Virus record (IMG/VR): IMGVR_UViG_3300047319_000877
Source of the DNA: a virus
Reading direction: 5' to 3' (one strand)
DNA length: 46,976 nt
Position 1 is the first letter of the stretch. The number at the start of each line of letters is the position of its first letter. The notes under the pieces are model-generated. The model had not been told where the DNA came from. It did not search any database and saw nothing but the letters and a program-made list of their open reading frames with translations. The position numbers and the translations under genes are program-made. Shown here piece after piece: positions 26,256-33,368 of the stretch.

Positions 26256-26305
26256 TTGATTTACTCCAATTTAGGCGCACAGCACTGATGGATACTAAAG
26301 AACTA

Positions 26306-26325
26306 CGAGGGAATTAAATCCCTCG
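26306..26325 (-). terminator. Hairpin CGAGGGA-attaaa-TCCCTCG, candidate intrinsic terminator/attenuator on the leftward transcript
   Basis: 7-bp stem and 6-nt loop, nested in a longer imperfect stem (26287-26335). Followed on the minus strand by UAGUUCUUUAGU. GCGCACAGC lies at 26275-26283. Confidence 0.4.
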
Positions 26326-26335
26326 ATAGTCCATC

Positions 26336-26560
26336 CTATTTAATTAAAGTACCGACAGGAACATCCCACAATCGGTCCATGTACATTGAATTCATACACG
26401 CACTCCCCTGTGGAAGTCCGCGTCGATATCGACCGACAGACCACCTGGCCCATATTCTATCAGCTTCGGTCATACTCTCTACAATGACCTCGGCCTTCAA
26501 TACACCAGATACCGCCATTTGGAGCCGTACCGGCTGCTTAGTTTGAACTAGTTTCAACAT
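26336..26560 (-). CDS. Hypothetical protein (74 aa from the ATG at 26560)
   Basis: TAATG overlap with the upstream stop at 26560-26562. Visibly more G+C-rich than its neighbours. Confidence 0.5.
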   Translation of the reverse strand: MLKLVQTKQPVRLQMAVSGVLKAEVIVESMTEADRIWARWSVGRYRRGLPQGSACMNSMYMDRLWDVPVGTLIK

Positions 26561-26760
26561 TAGAATACCATGTCCTGACAAGATTGACATAGACCACTGA
26601 TACGATATTCACGCTCACTTAATTCGTCACGGAATCCGGTGATTGGTTGACCGCATCCGATGGGAGGATTCACACATTTGTTTCCTTCGATGGCAGTAGT
26701 ACGACCTGATATCGCTTCAAGGAATCTTGTGATGTGTGGTGACTTTTTAGTTGGTTCCAT
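26560..26760 (-). CDS. Small Cys-rich protein (66 aa)
   Basis: C..x..GCG...SGLCQSCQD pattern. GGAGACAGAA SD before the ATG. Confidence 0.55.
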   Translation of the reverse strand: MEPTKKSPHITRFLEAISGRTTAIEGNKCVNPPIGCGQPITGFRDELSEREYRISGLCQSCQDMVF

Positions 26761-26837
26761 TTCTGTCTCCTAATTGGTGTTAGTAATTACTCGTTCGGGG
26801 ACTATAATCCATTGAACTGTAGCCCCCTGACCAGGAA

Positions 26838-28961
26838 TTACTTGGTCGTTAGAATCTTCTTATTCTTTTTCGCGTTATGGGCATTCACGATGGTCTCAGC
26901 TAATTCCTTCATTAGTGAGTCCTCATTCCATTGTGGCATCTCACCTTTATTCATGCCATCATGGAACTGATATCGCTTCCTTTCAACGATGCCGTCTAGT
27001 GTGGAATCTATAGCCGTGAGTCCTTCCATGTGCGCGTATATCGCTGACACTGAAGTACTCACACTTCCTATACGAATGAATCTACTCTCTGCCTGTTCTT
27101 CTCTACCAGGATTCCACATTCTTTCGTGTAACACGCAATCACAACACGTCTGGAGATTTAATCCCTCTCCTGCAGCGATTGTTGATGCCACAAGAATCGC
27201 CTGTTTGGATTCGTTGAATATCGTTTGGGTAGTGTGAACCTGACTTGAATCCATCCCTGATACGAATTTCAAGACTGGAATATTATTTCCATGAACTGAC
27301 TTGAAGTAATCGAACAACATGTCCTGAACATCTTTATGGTGGGCAAACACCACAATCTTACGGTCAGTGTCTTCGATGAATTCGTTGACATATTCCTGGG
27401 TTGCATCAATCTTAGCTAGTGCGACTAGATGCCGCATTTTAGCCATTGCTGCAATAATAGCCATGCCACCTAAATTACCTGACTGTTCTTCAAACCATTT
27501 AACGAAATCATCAACTGCCACGTCATAGGATTCCTGTTTCTCAGGGTCCATCTTGACGTATAGTTTGGTTCGATTGATTAGAGGTAATTCGGGCATTACT
27601 TCCGCTCGTTCACGTCGGATGCAAATGTCCTTCGTGTATTCACGAAATAATTTGATGTTCTTAATTCCGCCCTCTTTTCTGAATGCGCCCTGCCAGAAAT
27701 AACTGACCCATTTAGTCTTGAATCCCTCTTCCGAATTGAACTTCATTGGATCGAGCATATTCAAGACTGGAAATAATTCACTACCTCTATTATTCCATGG
27801 CGTTCCGCTGAGTGCGATTACTTTCTTTCCTTTGACTACGCGCCGAACCATCTGAGTCCGTGCCGAGTCAACATTTTTAATCTGTTGACACTCATCTAAT
27901 ACGACCGACTTGATATCCAAATCATCGAACTTCTTGATATCGAACCCTGAATTGATTACTCTCCCCGACTTCAGAGTCTTGGACTTCGGAACCATCATGT
28001 CATAACTAATGATGTAATTCTTGAATCCGGGCATCGGCTCATCTTTCGATGAACTGATAATCCACGGAATGTGGTCTTTGCCCATCCATTTAATGATGAA
28101 CATTGCAAACTGATATTGGAGAGCTGACTTGACTATCCACAATGTGGACTGATATTCAGGATGGAACTTCAAGAGTCCACCGGCCTGAATAGTTTTACCT
28201 AATCCCATTTCATCGAAGATAGCCACGCCATGATTTACGGCTAATGCCGCTTCACCGAATTTCATTCCTTCTAACTGAAAATCGTATGGTCTCTTACGTG
28301 AACAAAGAACACAATTATTCTTATCCCATACGTGTTCACACGATGGGTCGCCACCGAATTGAAATGTATGAAATGGTGTCCCTTTAGGAATCCGGCGGAC
28401 TAGCAGGTGGGAACATTCTAATTGAATGAACTTCCAATCGAACTTCTTGTCGTCACCAGTTACCAGATTCCAATCATGGTCAGTCTTGGCGACTTTACCA
28501 CAATATTCACATTTGTCTTGAAGCCGTGTAATCGAATACTTCGGAGTCCGAACTATTTGTTCCTCGAATGCAATCGGTACGATGACTTTCTTTTCATCGA
28601 ATGTAACTTCTACATCTGCACCTGACCGAATTGCATCGATGATATTTTGGTCTAATGAAAGAGTTGAACATGGTGACGTGTTATCACATCCGATTTCTCT
28701 CGCTTTATTAGACCACACTTCATCATGCCCATGAAATGGACCGACTATGGCATGAGCCACTTCGTGAAGATTTGTATTCTTAACATCCGGGGTTGGATGA
28801 ATGTCAATATGGTGGGCTGATAGGATGATTGTCTTGTCTTTATGTGAACACAAGCCAAGGAATCGACTGGACGAATCAGTGTTGAGACGAATATGCCAAT
28901 CCGTCAGTCCGTGTTTATTCAGATTATCCCTGAGATGTTGTGTCGCCTCTTGTCTAGTCAT
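26838..28961 (-). CDS. SprT-like zinc metallopeptidase domain fused to an SNF2-family helicase (707 aa)
   Basis: N-terminus: NLHEVAHAIVGPFHGHDEVWSNKAREIGCD (HEVAH encoded at 28752-28766). Cys clusters follow. Helicase motifs: DEMGLGKT, LDECQQIKN, LSGTPWNN. Confidence 0.8.
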   Translation of the reverse strand: MTRQEATQHLRDNLNKHGLTDWHIRLNTDSSSRFLGLCSHKDKTIILSAHHIDIHPTPDVKNTNLHEVAHAIVGPFHGHDEVWSNKAREIGCDNTSPCSTLSLDQNIIDAIRSGADVEVTFDEKKVIVPIAFEEQIVRTPKYSITRLQDKCEYCGKVAKTDHDWNLVTGDDKKFDWKFIQLECSHLLVRRIPKGTPFHTFQFGGDPSCEHVWDKNNCVLCSRKRPYDFQLEGMKFGEAALAVNHGVAIFDEMGLGKTIQAGGLLKFHPEYQSTLWIVKSALQYQFAMFIIKWMGKDHIPWIISSSKDEPMPGFKNYIISYDMMVPKSKTLKSGRVINSGFDIKKFDDLDIKSVVLDECQQIKNVDSARTQMVRRVVKGKKVIALSGTPWNNRGSELFPVLNMLDPMKFNSEEGFKTKWVSYFWQGAFRKEGGIKNIKLFREYTKDICIRRERAEVMPELPLINRTKLYVKMDPEKQESYDVAVDDFVKWFEEQSGNLGGMAIIAAMAKMRHLVALAKIDATQEYVNEFIEDTDRKIVVFAHHKDVQDMLFDYFKSVHGNNIPVLKFVSGMDSSQVHTTQTIFNESKQAILVASTIAAGEGLNLQTCCDCVLHERMWNPGREEQAESRFIRIGSVSTSVSAIYAHMEGLTAIDSTLDGIVERKRYQFHDGMNKGEMPQWNEDSLMKELAETIVNAHNAKKNKKILTTK

Positions 28962-28979
28962 TTGATGTTCCAGTCTGAA

Positions 28980-29693
28980 TTAGTTGGATTTATTTCGTTT
29001 GGCTACGATTTCTAATGCAGCAGTTTCAGCCGATACACCATATGCTTCCATACGCATCTTAAGTGCGGATGGATTAATGCCGTGTTTAGATGCCATCTCA
29101 TTCAATTCTTTTCGTTGAACTGAATGACCTGGCTTATTCGTAGTGACAGCTCCTTTAATGGATTTAACCCGTGGTTCACCGGATGGATAGTTGATTATGT
29201 CCTTATCGAATTCTTTCCTTTGTTCCTTGTTCTTGATTCGTGGTGCGAATTCCTGTAACTGAATCTGCCACATCGCCTTTTCGTTTTTCTTCTCTTTGGC
29301 GAATTTTTCTGCCTGAAAGATGATGGGCTGTAATGCCTCGATTCTAACTCGAATCTCTTTCACGAATGCGTAGTATTTTTCATCCTCTGGAATCTCTGGA
29401 TTAGATTGAATCGAAGCCATTAGTTCGGATGCGGGAGTCGTCTGCGCGTTGAATATTTCAGTCGAATCGATAATGCTGGAATCTCGTTTCCTCGATTCCT
29501 CGATTATTTGTCTGGATTCCATTGACTTTTTAGTATTGGCGATTGTAATGTCATTCTGTTCTTGAATGCATTCTTTGCATATCCAGATGTTATTCGATTC
29601 CATCCAAAGTTCCCGCTGGTCTATCTGACCATGAGAGTCAAGATGAATCTTCACGTCACATTCGCCGATTCGTTTGGCTACTTTATTCAACAT
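28980..29693 (-). CDS. Hypothetical protein (237 aa), possible C-terminal HTH
   Basis: ORF with TAATG coupling. The C-terminus MASKHGINPSALKMRMEAYGVSAETAALEIV looks like a helix-turn-helix. Confidence 0.5.
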   Translation of the reverse strand: MLNKVAKRIGECDVKIHLDSHGQIDQRELWMESNNIWICKECIQEQNDITIANTKKSMESRQIIEESRKRDSSIIDSTEIFNAQTTPASELMASIQSNPEIPEDEKYYAFVKEIRVRIEALQPIIFQAEKFAKEKKNEKAMWQIQLQEFAPRIKNKEQRKEFDKDIINYPSGEPRVKSIKGAVTTNKPGHSVQRKELNEMASKHGINPSALKMRMEAYGVSAETAALEIVAKRNKSN

Positions 29694-29935
29694 TACGACA
29701 CCTTACGTTTCTTTGAATTGACTTGATTAGTTGAACTAGTTGATTTATTGGATTTCATCTCGGCCCGTCGAATTGCGTGGAGTTTAGCACGGCTAAACTG
29801 TTGTGCGATTAAGGGATTAGAATGATAATCACACGTCCCAATTCTTGACTTGACAGAATTAGACAGAACTACGTCCAGGGGGAATGATTGAACCCGCTTA
29901 ATTCGTTTACAGATTGTACAGAAGAATCGTTTCAT
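29693..29935 (-). CDS. Small Cys-containing basic protein (80 aa)
   Basis: FCTICKR...GTCDYH. Confidence 0.5.
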   Translation of the reverse strand: MKRFFCTICKRIKRVQSFPLDVVLSNSVKSRIGTCDYHSNPLIAQQFSRAKLHAIRRAEMKSNKSTSSTNQVNSKKRKVS

Positions 29936-29971
29936 GATTATGCTGTCCTCTCGGAATTTTCAGCCTGAATT

Positions 29972-30256
29972 TCAATCTTCATAAACATCGGTGATACCGA
30001 TTAGCATGGTTGGCCAATTTAATTGACGTGCAGCCAATATCATTGGGTCCGACCACACATCCTGTTCATATGGTGTATATGTTCCGTCTAGATTATCTCT
30101 AACCTGTAACGGTTCAATCTGTCCTTGTTTCTGAAGGACAGCCACCATTTTATTGATGAAATATCGGTCCGTGCGCGTAGGATGATGATTGGAGGGAATT
30201 ACTAGTTCGATGGGAACTATGTAATTTTGTCCAGACTTGCGGGAGACTTGACTCAT
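29972..30256 (-). CDS. ParB N-terminal-like domain protein (94 aa)
   Basis: IVPIELVIPSNHHPTR...QGQIEPLQV...ILAARQL resembles the ParB/Srx fold, but the typical GxxR box is not clear. Confidence 0.4.
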   Translation of the reverse strand: MSQVSRKSGQNYIVPIELVIPSNHHPTRTDRYFINKMVAVLQKQGQIEPLQVRDNLDGTYTPYEQDVWSDPMILAARQLNWPTMLIGITDVYED

Positions 30257-30461
30257 TGAACATCTGTCCTTTCGGAGTTTCAGATTGTAGCTGGATTTAA
30301 TTGTTTGAAATTAAATGGCTACGTGAGCGGACCGCCGACCCTCTTAGGGTAGCATGGGCCGAGGTTCGATGCAACCCCAAGATGTAGTGACGAATGGCCG
30401 AGCTAGGCACTAGATATTGTGGTATCCGGCACCTAGCTCGACCGTAGTTAATTGTTCTCAG
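30257..30461 (-). ncRNA. 205-nt GC-rich structured spacer; candidate structured RNA on the leftward transcript
   Basis: 15-bp stem 30396-30410 / 30429-30443 and 6-bp stem 30361-30366 / 30373-30378. All four non-Watson-Crick positions are C-A on the plus strand and G-U on the minus strand. AT hairpin at 30295-30316. No ORF. Confidence 0.45.
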
Positions 30462-30794
30462 TTAAAAGTCAATCTTCCATCCCATCTCTTTATACAGTTT
30501 ACGTCTCTTAGCTAACATTTCCTCATTTGGTTGAATTTCATTTGATTTGATTGGTTCGATTGATTGAATAGGGTCGGGGATTGATTCGATGATATTCATC
30601 TGACGACAATCAAAACATCTCGGTTTATCTTCTCTGAGTGCGATTGTATCGATTATAAACATATCACCACAATCCCAACATTTAGCTTCCTTACCTGCAA
30701 GAATATGTGTTAATCCTTTATGTACGAAGAAACTACATTCTGTACATTTCCATGTTTTTCGATCTATGAAGATTAGTTTATGCGGATGTTTCAT
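30462..30794 (-). CDS. Zinc-ribbon protein (110 aa from the ATG at 30794)
   Basis: WKCTECSF...CWDCGD...CFDCRQ. AAGGAAACAGACA precedes the ATG at 30794. The longer track ORF extends into GC-rich spacer. Confidence 0.6.
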   Translation of the reverse strand: MKHPHKLIFIDRKTWKCTECSFFVHKGLTHILAGKEAKCWDCGDMFIIDTIALREDKPRCFDCRQMNIIESIPDPIQSIEPIKSNEIQPNEEMLAKRRKLYKEMGWKIDF

Positions 30795-30870
30795 TGTCTG
30801 TTTCCTTTTAACTAATTGACCGGGCCAGGGTCGGTTTCGGGCCGAGCGATTCCATGCCATGCCATCATTA

Positions 30871-31107
30871 GGTGTGTCTCCGTGTCTGTCCGTGTGTTGA
30901 GTCTAGCACGATCGACCACACTTGTCAACCCACCCCACACCCACACAACTAAACACACATATAAACCTAAACAATTATCTAAACATAAAAAAAAACAAAA
31001 AAAAAAAAGTAAATACAAAGTGTTGGGGGTATGTTTGTGTGGTTGGGGGTGGGTGAGGTGTGGTCGGTTGGCACCAAGTGAACACAGAGACACACACACA
31101 TAGACAC
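30871..31107. repeat. Large imperfect inverted repeat (arms about 30871-30967 and 31028-31107) around an A9-C-A12 tract (30987-31008)
   Basis: The reverse complement of the right arm aligns with the left arm through shared blocks gtgtct, gtgtgtt, cgaccacac, cacccacccc and ccacacaa. Left arm is C/A-rich and right arm G/T-rich. It produces mirror 95-aa ORFs on both strands. Confidence 0.85.
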
Positions 31108-31123
31108 TTCAATTATTTGACGA

Positions 31124-31129
31124 ATTATA
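31124..31129 (-). promoter_or_regulatory. Perfect TATAAT on the minus strand (possible -10 reading into the palindrome)
   Basis: Plus-strand ATTATA at 31124-31129. No convincing -35 at 16-18 nt. Confidence 0.2.
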
Positions 31130-31311
31130 TGGCATCACGCACAGCCAATTAGTCGGACTCGCGGAGCGAAACATTCCTGAGACTACGCGCACAGACTATG
31201 CGCACAGCTTTAGGTGGGATGTAAAGATGAGCCAGATTATGGCTCAGGTTGGGGTGGGATTAGATCGGTGGGATGATGGGGCCAGTTTGCGGTCCTGGCC
31301 CCGTGAGAGAA

Positions 31312-31794
31312 TTACTCCTCAGTGTTCTCCGCAGCTTCGGCAGCTTTCTTGGCGGCGCGTGCATCCAACCGCGCTTTCATTGCGGTAGCTTCCTCGATGG
31401 CGTCTTCCTCGGAGAATCCAGAATCTTCGAGGAGCTTCGCCTGAGTCTTAATCCAAAGAGCTGAATCATTGGCGGAAGTGGGCTGCTGGAGTCCGGCGGC
31501 AGTGACCTGAGCTGACATTGCAGCCTGACGCTGTTTCCCCAGTTCCTTACCATTGACCAGCTTCACCAGATCCTTTACATCCGGCATCTTGTTAGCCGTT
31601 TGAATCTCGGCGTATGCCGACTTGTAATCATCCTCGGTCCAGTTCTTGTAGGGTTTGTCTACGCCGAATCCCTGGAACGTTCCCGCGAACTTGAGAAATG
31701 GTGTGGTGTTCAATTCACCATCAGCTTTCTTCAGTTCCGTGAGGGGTTTGCCAAACCAATTCTCAACCTTGCCGTCAAACTTTCCTGTGAACAT
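31312..31794 (-). CDS. Hypothetical protein (160 aa from the ATG at 31794) with atypical G+C-rich codon usage; first gene of the leftward arm
   Basis: GAGGAGACAGACAA precedes the ATG at 31794. The track N-terminal extension starts with TTG. The 60-nt line at 31321 has 36 G+C against 16 in the line at 5221. Confidence 0.65.
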   Translation of the reverse strand: MFTGKFDGKVENWFGKPLTELKKADGELNTTPFLKFAGTFQGFGVDKPYKNWTEDDYKSAYAEIQTANKMPDVKDLVKLVNGKELGKQRQAAMSAQVTAAGLQQPTSANDSALWIKTQAKLLEDSGFSEEDAIEEATAMKARLDARAAKKAAEAAENTEE

Positions 31795-31986
31795 TTGTCT
31801 GTCTCCTCTGACTCTCGGAACCCCATGTTCCGATTCTCTTTCCGACCCTGCGACAAGTGGCGAGTCGGTCAACTTTGTCTATCCGTTCGGGTTTCGCCTT
31901 GCGGCTACCGGCCTAGTTGGAATCGACTTGTCTAGAGTATCACAGTCAAGGCCCGGTGCAACAACAATCGACCGACCAGCCACATA

Positions 31987-32015
31987 ATTATTTATGGATG
32001 AGCTGCCCGACGCAA
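31987..32015 (-). promoter_or_regulatory. Candidate leftward sigma70-type promoter: TTGCGT - 17 nt - AATAAT (minus strand)
   Basis: -35 is the complement of 32010-32015 and -10 the complement of 31987-31992. The -35 overlaps the palindrome CGCAAAGgaCTTTGCG. Confidence 0.25.
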
Positions 32016-32107
32016 AGGACTTTGCGACACAAAGGACTCGGCACAGAAAATTACTTTGCGCGAAGCGCAAAAGTTCTTTGAGGCACAGAGTCCTTTGTCT
32101 TGCAAAG
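32011..32107. promoter_or_regulatory. Cluster of operator-like repeats in the divergent region
   Basis: CGCAAAG-ga-CTTTGCG (32011-32026). CAAAGGACT at 32013 and 32030, inverted copy at 32089-32097. TTTGCGC-gaa-GCGCAAA (32055-32071). CTTTG-tcttg-CAAAG (32093-32107). GGCACAGA at 32040 and 32082. Confidence 0.55.
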
Positions 32108-32343
32108 TCGAGGGCAGGGGAGTACACCCATGCATCGATGGGACTCCCACAAGTAGTCGGGGCGGCTTGCTTGAAATCAAATGTCTTAGGAAGAATCGTA
32201 GAAATAGAGTCTCATAATTAAGTTACATAATTAAACGAGAGATTCAAGGAACGGCTCCAAGGTTGGGTAGGAAAAAGAGGGGGTCTAAACCTCTCATTCT
32301 AAGGGGGTTAGTGGGAGGACCGACTTGACAACGAATCGATTTC

Positions 32344-32763
32344 ATGAGACAATTCCTAATGTCTCTTTCCGATAAAACAATAAAGGAATATAAGAAATAC
32401 AAACAAAGAGATAATAATTATAAATATAAATATAAAATATCATTAGATTTTTTCAGGGATAAATTAATTGGTCAAGATTTTAAGTGTGCTATTTGTTCAC
32501 TAAAGCAAATATTTTGTGGAGCTTTACAGGTAGATCATTGTCATAAGACAGGTAAGATACGTTCTCTCTTATGTTCACGATGTAATAAAGAACTTAGTAG
32601 ATTTGAATCAAAGGGATCGGTTCCAGTTAGTCGGTCCCATCTAATAGATCCCAATACTGAGTATACTAAATATGTAAAACAACATCAGGGGAAATCATAT
32701 GTCCATGGGTTTACTCGACGACAACGCCTTCAATTTAGAATTGGCCAGGTTAAATGGGAGTAA
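32344..32763 (+). CDS. Endonuclease VII-family (HNH-like) nuclease, likely junction resolvase or homing-type nuclease (139 aa)
   Basis: VDHCHKTGKIRSLLCSRCN matches the T4 EndoVII-family signature DHCH.TG..RG.LC..CN. Confidence 0.75.
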   Translation: MRQFLMSLSDKTIKEYKKYKQRDNNYKYKYKISLDFFRDKLIGQDFKCAICSLKQIFCGALQVDHCHKTGKIRSLLCSRCNKELSRFESKGSVPVSRSHLIDPNTEYTKYVKQHQGKSYVHGFTRRQRLQFRIGQVKWE

Positions 32764-33289
32764 ACCTAAAGTAGTTACGCCAGAAGTAGTTCCCTCCGTT
32801 CCACCAATCCATCAAACAATCGAACGACCTGGTAGACAATCAGGTGATAATAATGTGCCGGATTCACTCCGAAAGATTATTGGAGAGGATGCCTTATTGA
32901 ATGGTAGACAATCTGCCGTCGGTCTGGCTAAATCATTCGGAATCTCGGCTTCAAGTGTAAGTGCGTATTCCAAGGGAAGTACATCAACAGATTCATACAA
33001 TCAACCCAAACAATCAATCATCGAACACATCAATAAGTCCAGGGCACGGGTTATAAAGAAGGCTAGTAAAACATTAAATGGTGCCCTTGAAGCGATTACA
33101 CAAGAGAAATTAGATTACACGGACGCTAAGGACTTGTCAGTCATTGCGAAAAATATGTCGGGAATCATTAAAGATTTGGAACCAACTAATCCTACCGACA
33201 CGGACTCCAAGTCAAGTCCGCAGTTCATAATCTACGCACCTCAATTCAAATCAGAGAATTCATTCGATGTGATTCAAGTCAATGAATGA
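32699..33289 (+). CDS. HTH DNA-binding protein (196 aa); regulator or small-terminase-like
   Basis: GRQSAVGLAKSFGISASSVSAYSKG looks like a helix-turn-helix. AGGGGA SD. Overlaps the EndoVII gene by 65 nt. Confidence 0.4.
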   Translation: MSMGLLDDNAFNLELARLNGSKPKVVTPEVVPSVPPIHQTIERPGRQSGDNNVPDSLRKIIGEDALLNGRQSAVGLAKSFGISASSVSAYSKGSTSTDSYNQPKQSIIEHINKSRARVIKKASKTLNGALEAITQEKLDYTDAKDLSVIAKNMSGIIKDLEPTNPTDTDSKSSPQFIIYAPQFKSENSFDVIQVNE

Positions 33290-33328
33290 ATTCGCTAGTA
33301 CATGGGCCGGCATTCAATCAGAGGGCGG

Positions 33329-33344
33329 GCGTGTGAATACAAGG
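33329..33344 (+). promoter_or_regulatory. Late-motif copy GCGTGTGAATACAAGG
   Basis: Lies 24 nt before the ATG at 33369. ATACAAGG is repeated at 33352-33359. Confidence 0.45.
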
Positions 33345-33368
33345 GTTGTAGATACAAGGAGATAGAAT

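Noticed and set aside
26362-26372. 11-mer CATCCCACAAT identical to the right arm of the 21773 inverted repeat
   Set aside because: It lies inside a CDS (encoding ..RLWDV..) in the opposite orientation relative to transcription. Hundreds of 11-mer coincidences are expected by chance in a 47-kb sequence compared with itself.
30361-30378. GGTTCGAT, resembling a tRNA T-loop
   Set aside because: No 5-bp T-stem, acceptor stem, D-arm or anticodon arm can be drawn around it on either strand. It forms a simple 6-bp hairpin instead. I found no tRNA by eye anywhere, but tRNAscan-SE/ARAGORN should confirm.
30795-30860. N-terminal extensions of track ORFs (30462..30860, 31312..31872, 15932..16309, 16445..16795, 24813..25229, 25413..25892, 26336..26590, 42408..)
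   Set aside because: The extensions start at TTG or GTG, or lack an SD, and overlap upstream genes or structured spacers. Internal ATGs with good SDs and ATGA/TAATG coupling fit better, so the starts were moved.
31025-31062. G-quadruplex in the G-rich right arm (GGGGG...GGGGG.GGG..GG)
   Set aside because: Only three G3+ tracts are within reach and the fourth is GG. At best this gives a weak two-tetrad structure, so it is not reported as a feature.
30812-31103. Two 95-aa ORFs of equal length on opposite strands (30812..31099 minus, 30816..31103 plus)
   Set aside because: They mirror each other because they lie across the large inverted repeat. The translations are low-complexity (C/V/L/H/T runs), there is no RBS, and they span the A-tract.
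30871-31107. Hairpin-telomere (protelomerase) resolution site, or yeast-like TG1-3 telomeric repeats
   Set aside because: There is no protelomerase-sized candidate gene, the arms are only about two-thirds identical, and the contig closes as a circle elsewhere. The telomere-like look is just C/A against G/T strand asymmetry.
31138-31274. Possible mini-CRISPR array, considered because of the repeated 8-9-mers
   Set aside because: The repeats are far too short (8-9 nt), irregularly spaced (13-49 nt) and of two different kinds. There are no 24-48-nt repeats with unique spacers and no cas genes.
31273-32221. Six mutually overlapping ORFs in the G+C-rich island (31273..31464, 31600..31935, 31655..31987, 31879..32127, 31992..32180, 31994..32221)
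   Set aside because: High G+C lowers stop-codon frequency. The ORFs overlap each other and the well-supported 31312..31794 CDS, lack SDs, and contain the operator-like repeats. I treat 31795-32343 as non-coding, though a small regulator gene cannot be fully excluded.
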